From NCBI GenBank assembly GCA_031396515.1, contig JANNKZ010000208.1, forward strand, positions 1 through 36,956: a stretch of DNA of 36,956 nucleotides, in the 5' to 3' direction. The DNA is from Gammaproteobacteria bacterium (GTDB lineage: Bacteria; Pseudomonadota; Gammaproteobacteria; Steroidobacterales; Steroidobacteraceae). Both the position numbers and the translations under genes were made by a program. The notes beneath the pieces are model-generated. The model was not told where the DNA came from. It was given only the letters and a program-made list of their open reading frames with translations, and did not search any database. Of this stretch, positions 10,636-19,876 are shown one piece after another (position 1 is the first letter of the stretch; every line of letters begins with the position of its first letter).

Positions 10636-12144
10636 GTGCGGCCGATGATCGCCGGCAATCCGCCGAAATCGGTGGCGCCCGTCGGACGCCTCCCCTTCAC
10701 CTTCGCGAAGCGACACGGGGTGCTGGTGCGCGGCGTCGTCGACGGCAAGGCCCAGGTGGTCTATCGCGCGGGCGCCCAGCCCTCAGCCGTCGCTGAACTC
10801 CGCCGCTTCCTCGGCATACCGCTCGTCATCGAACGCGTCGCCGAGGCGGCCTTTGATGAACTTTTGCGCAAGGCCTATGAAGGCGGCAGCGGCGAGGCCG
10901 GCCAGATCGTCGAGGGCATCGAAGGAGAGACGGACCTCGCGGGCCTGGCCGAGGGCCTGCCGGAACCGTCGGACCTGCTCGAAAGCGAGGACGACGCGCC
11001 GGTCATCCGGCTCATCAACGCGGTGCTGACGCAGGCGATCAAGGAAAACGCCTCCGACATCCACGTCGAACCCTATGAGAACCGCCTGGTCGTGCGCTTC
11101 CGCGTGGATGGCGTGATGCGCGAGGTGCTGCAGACCAAGCGCGCGGTGGCCCCGCTCCTGATCTCCCGCATCAAGGTCATGTCGCGGCTCGACATCGCCG
11201 AAAAGCGCCTGCCCCAGGACGGGCGCATCTCCTTGCGCATCGCCGGCCGCGCGGTGGACGTGCGCGTCTCCACCCTGCCCTCAGGTCACGGCGAGCGGGT
11301 CGTGCTGCGCCTGCTCGACAAGCAGGCCGGCCGGCTCGATCTCGATTCGCTCGGCATGGAGCCGAGCGTGCAGGGCATGATCGACGCGCAGATCCACAAG
11401 CCGCACGGCATCATCCTGGTCACCGGCCCGACCGGATCCGGCAAGACCACGACGCTGTACGCGGCGCTCGAGCGCATCAACGACCGAACGCGCAACATCA
11501 TGACGGTCGAAGACCCGATCGAGTACTACATCGACGGCATCGGCCAGACCCAGGTCAATACCAAGGTCGAGATGACTTTCGCCCGCGGGCTGCGCGCGAT
11601 CCTGCGCCAGGACCCCGATGTGGTGATGGTCGGCGAAATCCGCGACACCGAGACCGCACAGATCGCGGTGCAGGCATCGCTGACCGGCCACCTCGTGCTC
11701 TCGACCCTGCATACGAATACCGCGGTCGGCGCGGTCACGCGCCTGCGCGACATGGGCGTGGAGCCGTTCCTGCTCGCCTCTACGCTGCTCGGGGTGGTTG
11801 CGCAGCGCCTGGTCCGCGTTCTGAATCCCGAAACTCGCATCGGCTATCCCGCCGGCGAATACGAAGCCAGGCTCGTCGGCCTTGGCGCCGCGCAGGCGGC
11901 GCAACGAACGCTTTACCGACCCGGCGCCGACGTCGGCGGCGGCAATCGCGGACGCACCGGCATCTACGAGCTCGCGATCAACGATGACCGCAAGCGCGTG
12001 ATGATCCACGACGGCGCCGGCGAACACGAGCTCGAGCGCCACGCGCGCCAGATCACGCCGGGAATCCGCGATGACGGCCGTGCCAAGGTGCTGGCCGGCA
12101 TCACGTCGCTCGAGGAATTGCTGCGCGTCACCCGCGAGGAGTGA
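10636..12144 (+). CDS. gspE: type II secretion system ATPase GspE
   Basis: N1E-like [14 protein letters not shown], Walker [17 protein letters not shown], Asp box, Walker [13 protein letters not shown] and His box [13 protein letters not shown]. Start is either GTG 10636 or ATG 10645. Confidence 0.95.
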   Translation: MRPMIAGNPPKSVAPVGRLPFTFAKRHGVLVRGVVDGKAQVVYRAGAQPSAVAELRRFLGIPLVIERVAEAAFDELLRKAYEGGSGEAGQIVEGIEGETDLAGLAEGLPEPSDLLESEDDAPVIRLINAVLTQAIKENASDIHVEPYENRLVVRFRVDGVMREVLQTKRAVAPLLISRIKVMSRLDIAEKRLPQDGRISLRIAGRAVDVRVSTLPSGHGERVVLRLLDKQAGRLDLDSLGMEPSVQGMIDAQIHKPHGIILVTGPTGSGKTTTLYAALERINDRTRNIMTVEDPIEYYIDGIGQTQVNTKVEMTFARGLRAILRQDPDVVMVGEIRDTETAQIAVQASLTGHLVLSTLHTNTAVGAVTRLRDMGVEPFLLASTLLGVVAQRLVRVLNPETRIGYPAGEYEARLVGLGAAQAAQRTLYRPGADVGGGNRGRTGIYELAINDDRKRVMIHDGAGEHELERHARQITPGIRDDGRAKVLAGITSLEELLRVTREE

Positions 12145-13358
12145 TGGCGGCTTACGAATACAAGGCGCTCGACGCCACCGGACGCGAACGGCGGGGTGTG
12201 CAGGAAGGCGACAGCCCGCGCCAGGTCCGCCAGCTGCTGCGCGAACAGGGCCTGCTGCCGGTCAGCGTGACCGAGGTCAGCGATGCGCCGGCCCGGCGGT
12301 CGTTCGAATTCTCGTTCAACAACCGCATCGGCGCCTCGGACCTCGCCTTGCTGACCCGTCAGCTCTCGACTCTGGTGCGGGCCGCGATCCCGCTCGAGGA
12401 GGCGCTGCTCGCCGTGTCGCAGCAAAGCGAGAAGCAACGGGTCCGCAACGTGATTGCGGGCGTCCGTGCGCGCGTCATGGAGGGCCGCACGCTGGCGGAG
12501 GGCCTCGGCGCGTTCCCGAATGTCTTCCCGGAAATCTATCGCGCAACGGTCTCGGCCGGCGAACAGTCCGGGCATCTCGATGCCGTACTCGAACGCATGG
12601 CCGACTACACCGAGAACCGCCAGGTGCTGCAGCAAAAGATCCAGAACGCGATGATCTACCCGGTGCTGCTGACCGTCATCTGCTTCGGCATCGTCGGGCT
12701 CCTGCTCGGCTACGTGGTGCCCGAGGTCGTGCGCGTGTTCGAAGCCGGCGACCGCGAACTTCCGATCCTGACCCGCATCCTGATCGCGAGCTCGGATTTC
12801 CTGCGTGCCTGGTGGTGGCTGGTGATCGCCGCCGTCGCCGGCGCCGTGTGGGCCTTCCGCCGCTGGGTGAGGGAGCCCGCGGCGCGCTATCGCTTCGACG
12901 CATTCAAGCTCCGCCTGCCGTTGATCGGGCGCATCGCGCGCGGCAACAATGCCGCCCGCTTCGCCCGCACTTTCGCGATCCTGACCGCGAGCGCCGTGCC
13001 GGTGCTCGAGGCGCTCCGGATCTCCGGCGAGGTCGTCACGAACGCGCCGATGCGCCAGGCCGTGCAGGACGCCGCGGTCCGGGTCCGTGAGGGCGCACCG
13101 ATCGCGCGTTCGCTCGGGGCCAGCAAGCTGTTCCCGCCGATGCTGGTCCACCTCGTCGCGAGCGGAGAGACCAGCGGGGAACTCGAATCGATGCTGGACC
13201 GGGCCGCCCTCAACCAGGAACGCGAGCTCGACGGCGTGGTCAATACCGCTGTCGGCATCCTGGGCCCGGCGATGATCCTGCTGATGGGCGGGTTCGTATT
13301 CGTGATCGTCATCGCGCTTCTGCTGCCGATCTTCCAATTGAACCAACTCGTGGGCTGA
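12144..13358 (+). CDS. gspF: type II secretion system inner-membrane platform protein GspF
   Basis: [42 protein letters not shown] is a typical GspF N-terminus, and the protein shows the duplicated GspF/PilC domain architecture. Its ATG overlaps the gspE TGA by 1 nt (TGATG). Confidence 0.95.
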   Translation: MAAYEYKALDATGRERRGVQEGDSPRQVRQLLREQGLLPVSVTEVSDAPARRSFEFSFNNRIGASDLALLTRQLSTLVRAAIPLEEALLAVSQQSEKQRVRNVIAGVRARVMEGRTLAEGLGAFPNVFPEIYRATVSAGEQSGHLDAVLERMADYTENRQVLQQKIQNAMIYPVLLTVICFGIVGLLLGYVVPEVVRVFEAGDRELPILTRILIASSDFLRAWWWLVIAAVAGAVWAFRRWVREPAARYRFDAFKLRLPLIGRIARGNNAARFARTFAILTASAVPVLEALRISGEVVTNAPMRQAVQDAAVRVREGAPIARSLGASKLFPPMLVHLVASGETSGELESMLDRAALNQERELDGVVNTAVGILGPAMILLMGGFVFVIVIALLLPIFQLNQLVG

Positions 13359-13422
13359 GACCCCTTGCGGACGCGCCCGCCGCGTCTTATAAGTCGGCCC
13401 GCAGTGACCCTGGAACGGTCGC

Positions 13423-13701
13423 ATGAGCGAGAAGCCGAAAGAAGAATTCGAGGACGAGGAACCGGACGAGATCGAGGACACCGCAGAGGACCTCGATGTC
13501 GACCGGTTGATGCGGGATTTCGACACGCGCAAGCGTCGCGGCGCGCGGGTTGCGGGCGAGCCCGCCTGGCGCAAGCTCGAGCGTATCCGCGAGGAGAAGC
13601 GCACCCGGGGCCTGCTGTCGGACTTCGACGATTACGACCTGGACGAGTCCGATTCCGGCGGTGCCCGGAAATCGCGGCGGGCGCCGTCGCGGCGCCGCTG
13701 A
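13423..13701 (+). CDS. small highly charged hypothetical protein (92 aa); possibly related to small PA3496-type envelope-integrity proteins (from memory, unverified)
   Basis: The ORF has strongly GC3-biased codons like neighbouring genes. It has an acidic N-terminus (EEFEDEEPDEIEDTAEDLDVD), a central AWRKLERIREEKRTRGLLSDFDDYDLDE motif and a basic tail (RKSRRAPSRRR). The RBS is weak. Confidence 0.45.
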   Translation: MSEKPKEEFEDEEPDEIEDTAEDLDVDRLMRDFDTRKRRGARVAGEPAWRKLERIREEKRTRGLLSDFDDYDLDESDSGGARKSRRAPSRRR

Positions 13702-13702
13702 G

Positions 13703-16700
13703 TCAGCGGAAGTCCCGGGACGGCGCAGCGAGCGCGCCAAGCAGCGCCGAGCGGTCCTCCAGCCGGTCCACGACCACGTGCCGCACCTCGCCGGCGCGCT
13801 GCAGCCGGCCATCGACGCCGAGCAGCCGCGCACCCAGCAGCACTTTCCGGTGCGCATCCGCGATCCGGCTCCAGATCACCAGGTTCACGTAGCCCGTTTC
13901 GTCCTCGAGCGTCGCGAACACGACACCGCCGGCGGGACCCGGCCGCTGCCGCGTTACCACGATGCCGCCGGTCCGGACCGCGGCGCCGTCCGGCAGCTCC
14001 GCCACGGCATCCGCCGTGATCCAGCCGCCGGTCGTGAGCCTCGCGCGCAGCAGCGCGAGCGGATGCCGCCCGAGCGTCAGGCCGAAACTGCGGTAGTCCG
14101 CAACGATGTCCTCGCCCTCCGACGGTGCGCGCAGCAGCGGTAATCCCTCCTCGCGATCCGACGCCAGGCCGAGGGGCGTGGCGGGTTCGATGCCCCGCAC
14201 GTCCCAGGCCGCGCGATACCGGTGCCCCGCGATGCCCGCGAGCGCGCCGGCCGCGGCCAGCGTCTCGAGGTCGCGTTTGCCGAGTCCGGCGCGGCGCGCG
14301 AGTTCGGAGGCGAGCCGGTAAGCCCCCGCGGCGCGCGCATCGACCAGCCGCCGGGCGCCGTGCTCCGACAAACCGCGCACGCGGTCGAGACCGAGCCTGA
14401 GTGCGCTGCCGCCCGCCGGCATGGGCTCCAGCGTCGATTCGACCGCACTCACGTTGACGTCCACCGGGCGCACCGTCACACCGTGCGTGCGCGCATCACG
14501 CACCAGTTGCGCCGGCGCGTAGAAACCCATCGGCTGGCTGTTCAGAAGCGCGCAGCAGAAGGCCGCGGGTTCGTGGCGCTTGAGCCAGGCCGAGACGTAG
14601 ACGAGCAGCGCGAAACTCGCCGCGTGCGATTCCGGGAAGCCGTATTCGCCGAAGCCGAGGATCTGCTGGAACACCTGCCGCGCGAAACCTTCTTCGTAGC
14701 CGCGCGCACGCATGCCCTCGACCAGGCGCTCCTCGAAAGGCCCGAGCGTGCCCTTGCGCCGCCAGGCTGCCATCGCGCGCCGCAGGCTGTCCGCCTCCCC
14801 CGGCGTGAAGCCCGCGGCGACGATCGCGAGCTGCATGACCTGTTCCTGGAAGATCGGCACGCCGAGCGTGCGCTCGAGCACGCCCCGGACCTCCGGCCCC
14901 GGATAATCGACCGGCTCTTCGTGGCTGCGCCGCCGCAGGTAGGGATGCACCATCTGGCCCTGGATCGGGCCCGGCCGCACGATCGCGACCTCGACCACGA
15001 GGTCGTAGTAGCAGCGCGGCTTGAGCCGCGGCAGCATCGCCATCTGCGCGCGCGACTCGATCTGGAACACGCCGATCGTGTCCGCGCGGCAGATCATCTC
15101 GTAGACGGCCGGATCCTCCGCGGGCACGTCGGCCAGGCGGAACTCGCGGCCGCGCCGCGCCGACACCAGCACGAGCGCGCGGCGGATCGCCGACAGCATG
15201 CCGAGGCCGAGCACGTCCACCTTGAGGAGCCCGAGCTCGTCGAGGTCGTCCTTGTCCCACTGGATCACCGTGCGCTCGGGCATCGCCGCGTTCTCGATCG
15301 GCACCAGCTCCTCGAGTGGCCCGCGCGAGATCACGAAACCGCCGGTGTGCTGCGACAGGTGCCGCGGGAAGCCGATCAGCTCGCGGGTCAGCGCGAGCAT
15401 CCGCGCGATGCGCGGATTCGCGAGGTCGAAGCCGGCCTCGCCGATCCGGGAATCGGCGATCTCGCGCCCATCCCACCACTGCATCGCGCGCGCGAGGCGG
15501 TCGATCTGCGGCGCGTCGAGCCCGAGCGCGCGGCCGACATCGCGCACCGCGCTCTTCGGGTGATAGCAGATGACGGTCGCAGTGAGCGCGGCCCGCTCGC
15601 GCCCGTACTTGCGGTACAGGTACTGGATCACCTCCTCGCGCCGTTCGTGCTCGAAGTCCACGTCGATGTCCGGCGGCTCGTTGCGCTCGCGCGAAAGGAA
15701 GCGCTCGAACAGCACGCTCATGCGCGCCGGGTCCACTTCGGTGATGCCGAGCGCGTAGCAGGCCGCGGAATTGGCGGCCGAGCCGCGACCCTGGCACAGG
15801 ATGCCGCGACTGCGCGCGAATCCAACGAGGTCGTGCACGGTCAGGAAGTAGCGCTCGTAGCCGAGCTCTGCGATCAGCGCGAGCTCGCGTTCGATCAGTT
15901 CCGCGACCGCCGCCGGCGTGCCGCCGGGCCAGCGCTCGCGCGCGCCCGCCTCGACCAGCCGCCGCAGGTGGGCGGCGGGCGTGGTGCCCGCCGGCACGAC
16001 TTCCTCCGGGTACTCGTAGCGCAACTCGTCGAGCGAGAAGCGGCAGCGCGCGGCGATCTCGAGCGTCGCCGCGAGCAGGGCCGGCGGATAGAGCTCCGCG
16101 AGGCGCGCGAGCGTGCGCATCGAGCGCTCGCCGTTCGGGTACAGCGCATGCCCCGCCTCCGCCACCGTCGTCTTCAGGCGCGCCGCGGTCAGCATGTCCT
16201 GCAGCGCGCGCCGCCGGCGCTGGTGCATGTGCACGTCGCCGCAGGCGGCGGCAGGTAGCCCGAGCTCGCGGCCGATCCGGCAGAGCGTCTCCAGCCGCTC
16301 GCGGTCGCCGCCGCCGGCGAGCAGCTCGACCCCGATCCACAGCCGTCCTACAAAGCGCTCGGCGAGCCAGGCTCCTTCGGCGGGCGCCGGCACCGCACCG
16401 GGGAGCCACAGTGCGAGACAGTCTGCGAGCCCCTGCGCGAGATCGGCGCGCTCGAGGCGATAGCGTCCCTTCGGCGCGCTGCGTCGGCCCTTGGTGATCA
16501 GCCGCGCGAGCGCGCCGTAGCCCTGCCGGCTGGTCGCGAGACAAACGAGGCGTGGCCCGTCGACGAGCGCGAGCTCGCTGCCGACGATCAGCGGAAACCC
16601 GGCCGCGCGCGCGGCAGCATGCGCCCGCACGACGCCCGCGAGCGAGCATTCGTCGGTCAGCGCGAGCGCGGCGTAACCGAGATCCCGCGCGCGCGCGACC

Positions 16701-16771
16701 AGCTCCGCCGGGTGAGAGGCTCCACGCAGAAAAGTGAAGTTGCTGATGCAATGCAGTTCGGCATACGCCAT
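13703..16771 (-). CDS. dnaE2: error-prone DNA polymerase DnaE2 (ImuC)
   Basis: MAYAELHCISNFTFLRGASHPAELVARARDLGYAALALTDECSLAGVV is a canonical DnaE2 PHP-domain N-terminus. Length is 1022 aa from ATG 16771, and the gene lies downstream of imuA-imuB. The 46-codon upstream extension in the ORF track (to 16909) runs through a repeat element and is rejected. Confidence 0.95.
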   Translation of the reverse strand: MAYAELHCISNFTFLRGASHPAELVARARDLGYAALALTDECSLAGVVRAHAAARAAGFPLIVGSELALVDGPRLVCLATSRQGYGALARLITKGRRSAPKGRYRLERADLAQGLADCLALWLPGAVPAPAEGAWLAERFVGRLWIGVELLAGGGDRERLETLCRIGRELGLPAAACGDVHMHQRRRRALQDMLTAARLKTTVAEAGHALYPNGERSMRTLARLAELYPPALLAATLEIAARCRFSLDELRYEYPEEVVPAGTTPAAHLRRLVEAGARERWPGGTPAAVAELIERELALIAELGYERYFLTVHDLVGFARSRGILCQGRGSAANSAACYALGITEVDPARMSVLFERFLSRERNEPPDIDVDFEHERREEVIQYLYRKYGRERAALTATVICYHPKSAVRDVGRALGLDAPQIDRLARAMQWWDGREIADSRIGEAGFDLANPRIARMLALTRELIGFPRHLSQHTGGFVISRGPLEELVPIENAAMPERTVIQWDKDDLDELGLLKVDVLGLGMLSAIRRALVLVSARRGREFRLADVPAEDPAVYEMICRADTIGVFQIESRAQMAMLPRLKPRCYYDLVVEVAIVRPGPIQGQMVHPYLRRRSHEEPVDYPGPEVRGVLERTLGVPIFQEQVMQLAIVAAGFTPGEADSLRRAMAAWRRKGTLGPFEERLVEGMRARGYEEGFARQVFQQILGFGEYGFPESHAASFALLVYVSAWLKRHEPAAFCCALLNSQPMGFYAPAQLVRDARTHGVTVRPVDVNVSAVESTLEPMPAGGSALRLGLDRVRGLSEHGARRLVDARAAGAYRLASELARRAGLGKRDLETLAAAGALAGIAGHRYRAAWDVRGIEPATPLGLASDREEGLPLLRAPSEGEDIVADYRSFGLTLGRHPLALLRARLTTGGWITADAVAELPDGAAVRTGGIVVTRQRPGPAGGVVFATLEDETGYVNLVIWSRIADAHRKVLLGARLLGVDGRLQRAGEVRHVVVDRLEDRSALLGALAAPSRDFR

Positions 16772-16821
16772 TTCACGGTACACCCGCGACGAGCCGCGCC
16801 AGGCGCGCGTACTTCGCCGGC

Positions 16822-16990
16822 GGGACCCCCCTCGCTCGCTCAGCAGATCGGACATTCGCTCGCTCGGGGGTCCCGCAACGGCTCGTTCGCGCGCCTGGCA
16901 CCGCCGCACACGGCACGTGACCGAGCGCCGGGCGGGTCCCCGAGCGAGCGAATTTTCCGATTCTTCTCTTCTGAGCGAGCGAGGGTCCCC
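16822..16990. repeat. inverted pair of ~55-59 bp repeat units (A 16822-16876; B 16932-16990) in the imuB-dnaE2 spacer
   Basis: Unit A is gggacccccc-tcgctcgctcag-caga-tcgga-c-attcgctcgctcggggg-tcccgc. The reverse complement of unit B is ggggaccc-tcgctcgctcag-aagagaagaa-tcgga-aa-attcgctcgctcgggg-acccgc. They share 45 nt in five collinear identical blocks. Each unit has GGGACCC/GGGTCCC-type termini and an internal direct TCGCTCGCTC duplication. Confidence 0.75.
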
Positions 16991-17077
16991 GAACGGCGCG
17001 AAGGTCGCGCGGCCGTGTGCCCGATGGCGAAGCCTGCGCGTCGCAACCGATGCCGAATGCGCAACGCGCGCTGTTCA

Positions 17078-18610
17078 TCAACCGAACACGCCGTGAAGGA
17101 ACCATCCACGACCTGGCGGGCGTTCGCGGAAGAGCCAGAGACGGACGCCCGCGCGTGTGAGCGCGACGTAGTAGTCGCGGCGGACGTCGTGGCCGTCCCA
17201 CCAACCCGTCTCGATGCGCTCCGGCCCGGTGACGAGCGTGCCTTCCCAGCCGTCGAACGGCTGCGGCTCGGCCAGCATCCACAGCGGCCGCTCAGGTCGT
17301 GTGACGGGCCATTGGCCGGGAGCCGCCGTGCCGCCCGGCTCCGCGATGCGCCACGCGCGCTCCGGGCGATGCTCCGGCACCGGGCAGACGCCGAACACGG
17401 CGTCCTGCCCGAGCCGCGCGCGCAGGCGGTCGAGCAGCCGCGCCGTCGCCTCCGGATCCGCGCTCTGGCCGCGCTCGAAGAGCCGGGCATCGCGCAGCAC
17501 CAGCGGCAGCAGCACGCCGGAACGCAGGCGGAGCGCCCTGACGGGCGCCGGCAGCCGCTCCTGCGCGAGCCGCTCGGCGACCAGGCCGGAGAGATGCGCC
17601 GCATCGCCGGCCGGCCGCACCAGGCCGATGCGGATCCGCGTCGGCGCCTGGCCGCGATGCAGCAGGTCGAGGCGCAGGCCCGCGACGCCCGCGGCGCGCA
17701 CGCGCAGGAAAGCCCCGAGATTCGCGAGCAGCCGTCCGAGCACCGGCTGCACGCCGGCCATGGCGGCGGTCTCGACGGGCAGCTCGTGTTGTTCGTCGAA
17801 GCGCTCCGGCACGACGTGGCGGCGGCGCGGCTCTGGACGGCGGCCGACGCCCTCGTCGAGTTCGTCGAGCAGCTGCGGGCCGAAGCGCGCGACGAAACCC
17901 GCGCGCGGCAGCCGGAGCAGGTCGGCGACGTTCCGGACGCCGAGTCCGGCGAGCGCGGTGACCGTGTCCGCCGGCCACTGGAGGCAGCTGAGCGGCAGGC
18001 GCGAGGCGATGTCCGCCATCGCGGTCGCCTGCGTGACGCTCATGCCGACGTCGGCCCGCGCGAGCCACAGCGCGCCGCGCGGCGTCGGCGCGAGCGCGAG
18101 CGAGGCCTGCAGGCCGCTGTCGTGCAGGCCGCCGAGCGCGCGGCGGCAGAGCGCCATCGCGCCGCCGAACAGGTCGAGGCTGCCGCGCACTTCGGCGAGC
18201 ACCGTGCAGGGCGGCTCGAGGCTGACGACCGGCGTGAAACGCAATGCCCAACGCGCGAGCCGGTCGAGGAGCGCCGCCTCGGCTGCCGGACGGCGTTCTT
18301 CGACGCGCAGTCCCGGCACGCGTGCGAGCGCGGCATTGAGGCTCATCCCGGGCGCGATGCCCTGGCGCGCCGCCCGCTCGTTGCAGGCGATGATGCTGCG
18401 CTTCGGATCTTCCAGGGCGGTGACGACGGCCGCGCGCGCCGCGGCGGCCGCCGGCAGCACGGCATCGAGCGGCAGGCGGGAGAAATGCGCGGCGAGCCAC
18501 AGTTCACGCGTTCCGCGGCCGGCAGCCGGCAGCGGGCGATGCGGCACCAGCGCCAGTTTCCGCTGATGGCTCTCCGGTGCCGGCCGGACCGCCGGGCGTC
18601 CTTCCAGCAT
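17078..18610 (-). CDS. imuB: Y-family polymerase-like translesion protein ImuB
   Basis: LWLAAHFSRLPLDAV...IIACNERAARQGIAPGMSLNAALARVPGL...RWALRFTPVVSLEPP...LAEVRGSLDLFGG is typical of ImuB, and the gene sits between imuA and dnaE2. The true start could be an internal GTG (..LALVPH..), giving a shorter N-terminus. Confidence 0.9.
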   Translation of the reverse strand: MLEGRPAVRPAPESHQRKLALVPHRPLPAAGRGTRELWLAAHFSRLPLDAVLPAAAAARAAVVTALEDPKRSIIACNERAARQGIAPGMSLNAALARVPGLRVEERRPAAEAALLDRLARWALRFTPVVSLEPPCTVLAEVRGSLDLFGGAMALCRRALGGLHDSGLQASLALAPTPRGALWLARADVGMSVTQATAMADIASRLPLSCLQWPADTVTALAGLGVRNVADLLRLPRAGFVARFGPQLLDELDEGVGRRPEPRRRHVVPERFDEQHELPVETAAMAGVQPVLGRLLANLGAFLRVRAAGVAGLRLDLLHRGQAPTRIRIGLVRPAGDAAHLSGLVAERLAQERLPAPVRALRLRSGVLLPLVLRDARLFERGQSADPEATARLLDRLRARLGQDAVFGVCPVPEHRPERAWRIAEPGGTAAPGQWPVTRPERPLWMLAEPQPFDGWEGTLVTGPERIETGWWDGHDVRRDYYVALTRAGVRLWLFRERPPGRGWFLHGVFG

Positions 18611-18622
18611 CTGGTATCCCCG

Positions 18623-19249
18623 CTAGTGGATCGACAGGCGGTCGATGCGCGCGGGCATGCCGCCCTGGCTTTTCAGGATCTCGACGTCGAGGCCATCGTC
18701 GTGCGCGCAGAGTGCGAGCCGGAGCGCCGCGGGCGAGGATTCCTCGCGGTGCGCCGATGGGCGGAACAGGAAGCCGGGACTGCACCCCTCTTCCGCCGCG
18801 AGCTTCAGGCGGCGCAGCGCGCGATCGTCGGCAGCGTCGGTCCAGCCGAGCACGGCGGCGCAGGCGCCGGAACGCAGGGCTTGTTCCATCGCCCAGAGCA
18901 GGTCGAGGCCGGCGCGCGGCCGAATCACGAGCATGCGCGCGGGATCGAGCCCGGCATCCATGAGCGCGGGCGCATACGGCAGGTGCGGAGGTGCGAGCCA
19001 GGCGATCCAGCGCGGTTCGCCGGGCGCAGCCTGCGACAGCTGGCAGAGCGCGGGCAGGAGCAGGCGGATCTCGCCGACGCCCGCGGTCGGGAGCAGCAGT
19101 TCGATCAGCGTGGACAACGGCCAGCCGCCGCCCGGCAGGCGCTCGTCGAGGCGGCGGAAGCCGCTCGGCACGGTGGCAGGCACCTCGCCGGCGGCGCCGC
19201 CGCGCCAGAGCGCGGGATGGCGCAGCAATTCGGCGAGTGCGTCGTTCAC
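18623..19249 (-). CDS. imuA: translesion DNA synthesis-associated protein ImuA (RecA/SulA-like fold)
   Basis: ALWRGG...[45 protein letters not shown]...[19 protein letters not shown]...[11 protein letters not shown] matches the ImuA family pattern. Its GTG start overlaps the lexA stop (GTGA). Confidence 0.85.
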   Translation of the reverse strand: MNDALAELLRHPALWRGGAAGEVPATVPSGFRRLDERLPGGGWPLSTLIELLLPTAGVGEIRLLLPALCQLSQAAPGEPRWIAWLAPPHLPYAPALMDAGLDPARMLVIRPRAGLDLLWAMEQALRSGACAAVLGWTDAADDRALRRLKLAAEEGCSPGFLFRPSAHREESSPAALRLALCAHDDGLDVEILKSQGGMPARIDRLSIH

Positions 19250-19869
19250 TGCATGAGGTCCGGACGGCCGCGGCGCAGCACGCCGACCACCACGCCTTCG
19301 ATGGTCAGCGACTGCTTGCGCAGGTCGACGCGGATCGGTTCGAAATCCGGGTTCTCCGGCATCAGCCAGACGACCGTGCCTTCCTGGCGATAGCGCTTGA
19401 CCGTCACCTCGTTCTCGAGCCGGGCGACGATGATCTGGCGGTTGCGGACGTCGGGTGAGCGATGCACGGCGACCAGATCGCCGTCCAGGATGCCGACGTC
19501 ACGCATGCTCATGCCGCTGACGCGCAGCAGGTAATGCGGCCGCGGGCTGAAGAGCGCGGGATCGAGCTGGAAGCGGCCCTCAATGTGCTCCTCGGCGAGG
19601 ATCGGCCGGCCGGCGGCGACGCGGCCGATGAGCGGCAGGCCCATCTGCTCGCGCAGCGCGTCCTTCAGCACGATGCCGCGCGCGCTGCCGGCAACCAGCC
19701 CGAGCACGCCCTTGCGCTGCAGGGCGCGCAGATGTTCCTCGGCGGCATTGGCCGACCGGAAGCCGAGCGCCTGGGCGATCTCCGCCCGGGTCGGCGGCAT
19801 CCCGTTGGTCGCGATCGCGTCCTGGATGAACTCCAGGATCTGGCGTTGGCGGGGGGTAAGCTCTGTCAT
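19246..19869 (-). CDS. lexA: transcriptional repressor LexA
   Basis: The wHTH N-terminus is [56 protein letters not shown]. The Ala-Gly cleavage site (GRVAAGRPI), catalytic Ser (VSGMSM) and Lys (VTVKRY) are all present. Confidence 0.96.
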   Translation of the reverse strand: MTELTPRQRQILEFIQDAIATNGMPPTRAEIAQALGFRSANAAEEHLRALQRKGVLGLVAGSARGIVLKDALREQMGLPLIGRVAAGRPILAEEHIEGRFQLDPALFSPRPHYLLRVSGMSMRDVGILDGDLVAVHRSPDVRNRQIIVARLENEVTVKRYRQEGTVVWLMPENPDFEPIRVDLRKQSLTIEGVVVGVLRRGRPDLMQ

Positions 19870-19876
19870 GCGGCAC

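Noticed and set aside
14222-16751. 678-aa (+) and 751-aa (-) ORFs overlapping dnaE2
   Set aside because: They lie in alternative or antisense frames of dnaE2 and are extremely Arg/Ala/Pro-rich. The dnaE2 frame carries the conserved PHP/polymerase motifs.
16619-19393. 924-aa plus-strand ORF across the imuB/imuA region, plus minus-strand ORFs 16773..17282 and 16840..17604 entering the imuB-dnaE2 spacer
   Set aside because: These are antisense to or out of frame with imuB and imuA. The spacer portions are translations of the inverted repeat units, not convincing coding sequence.
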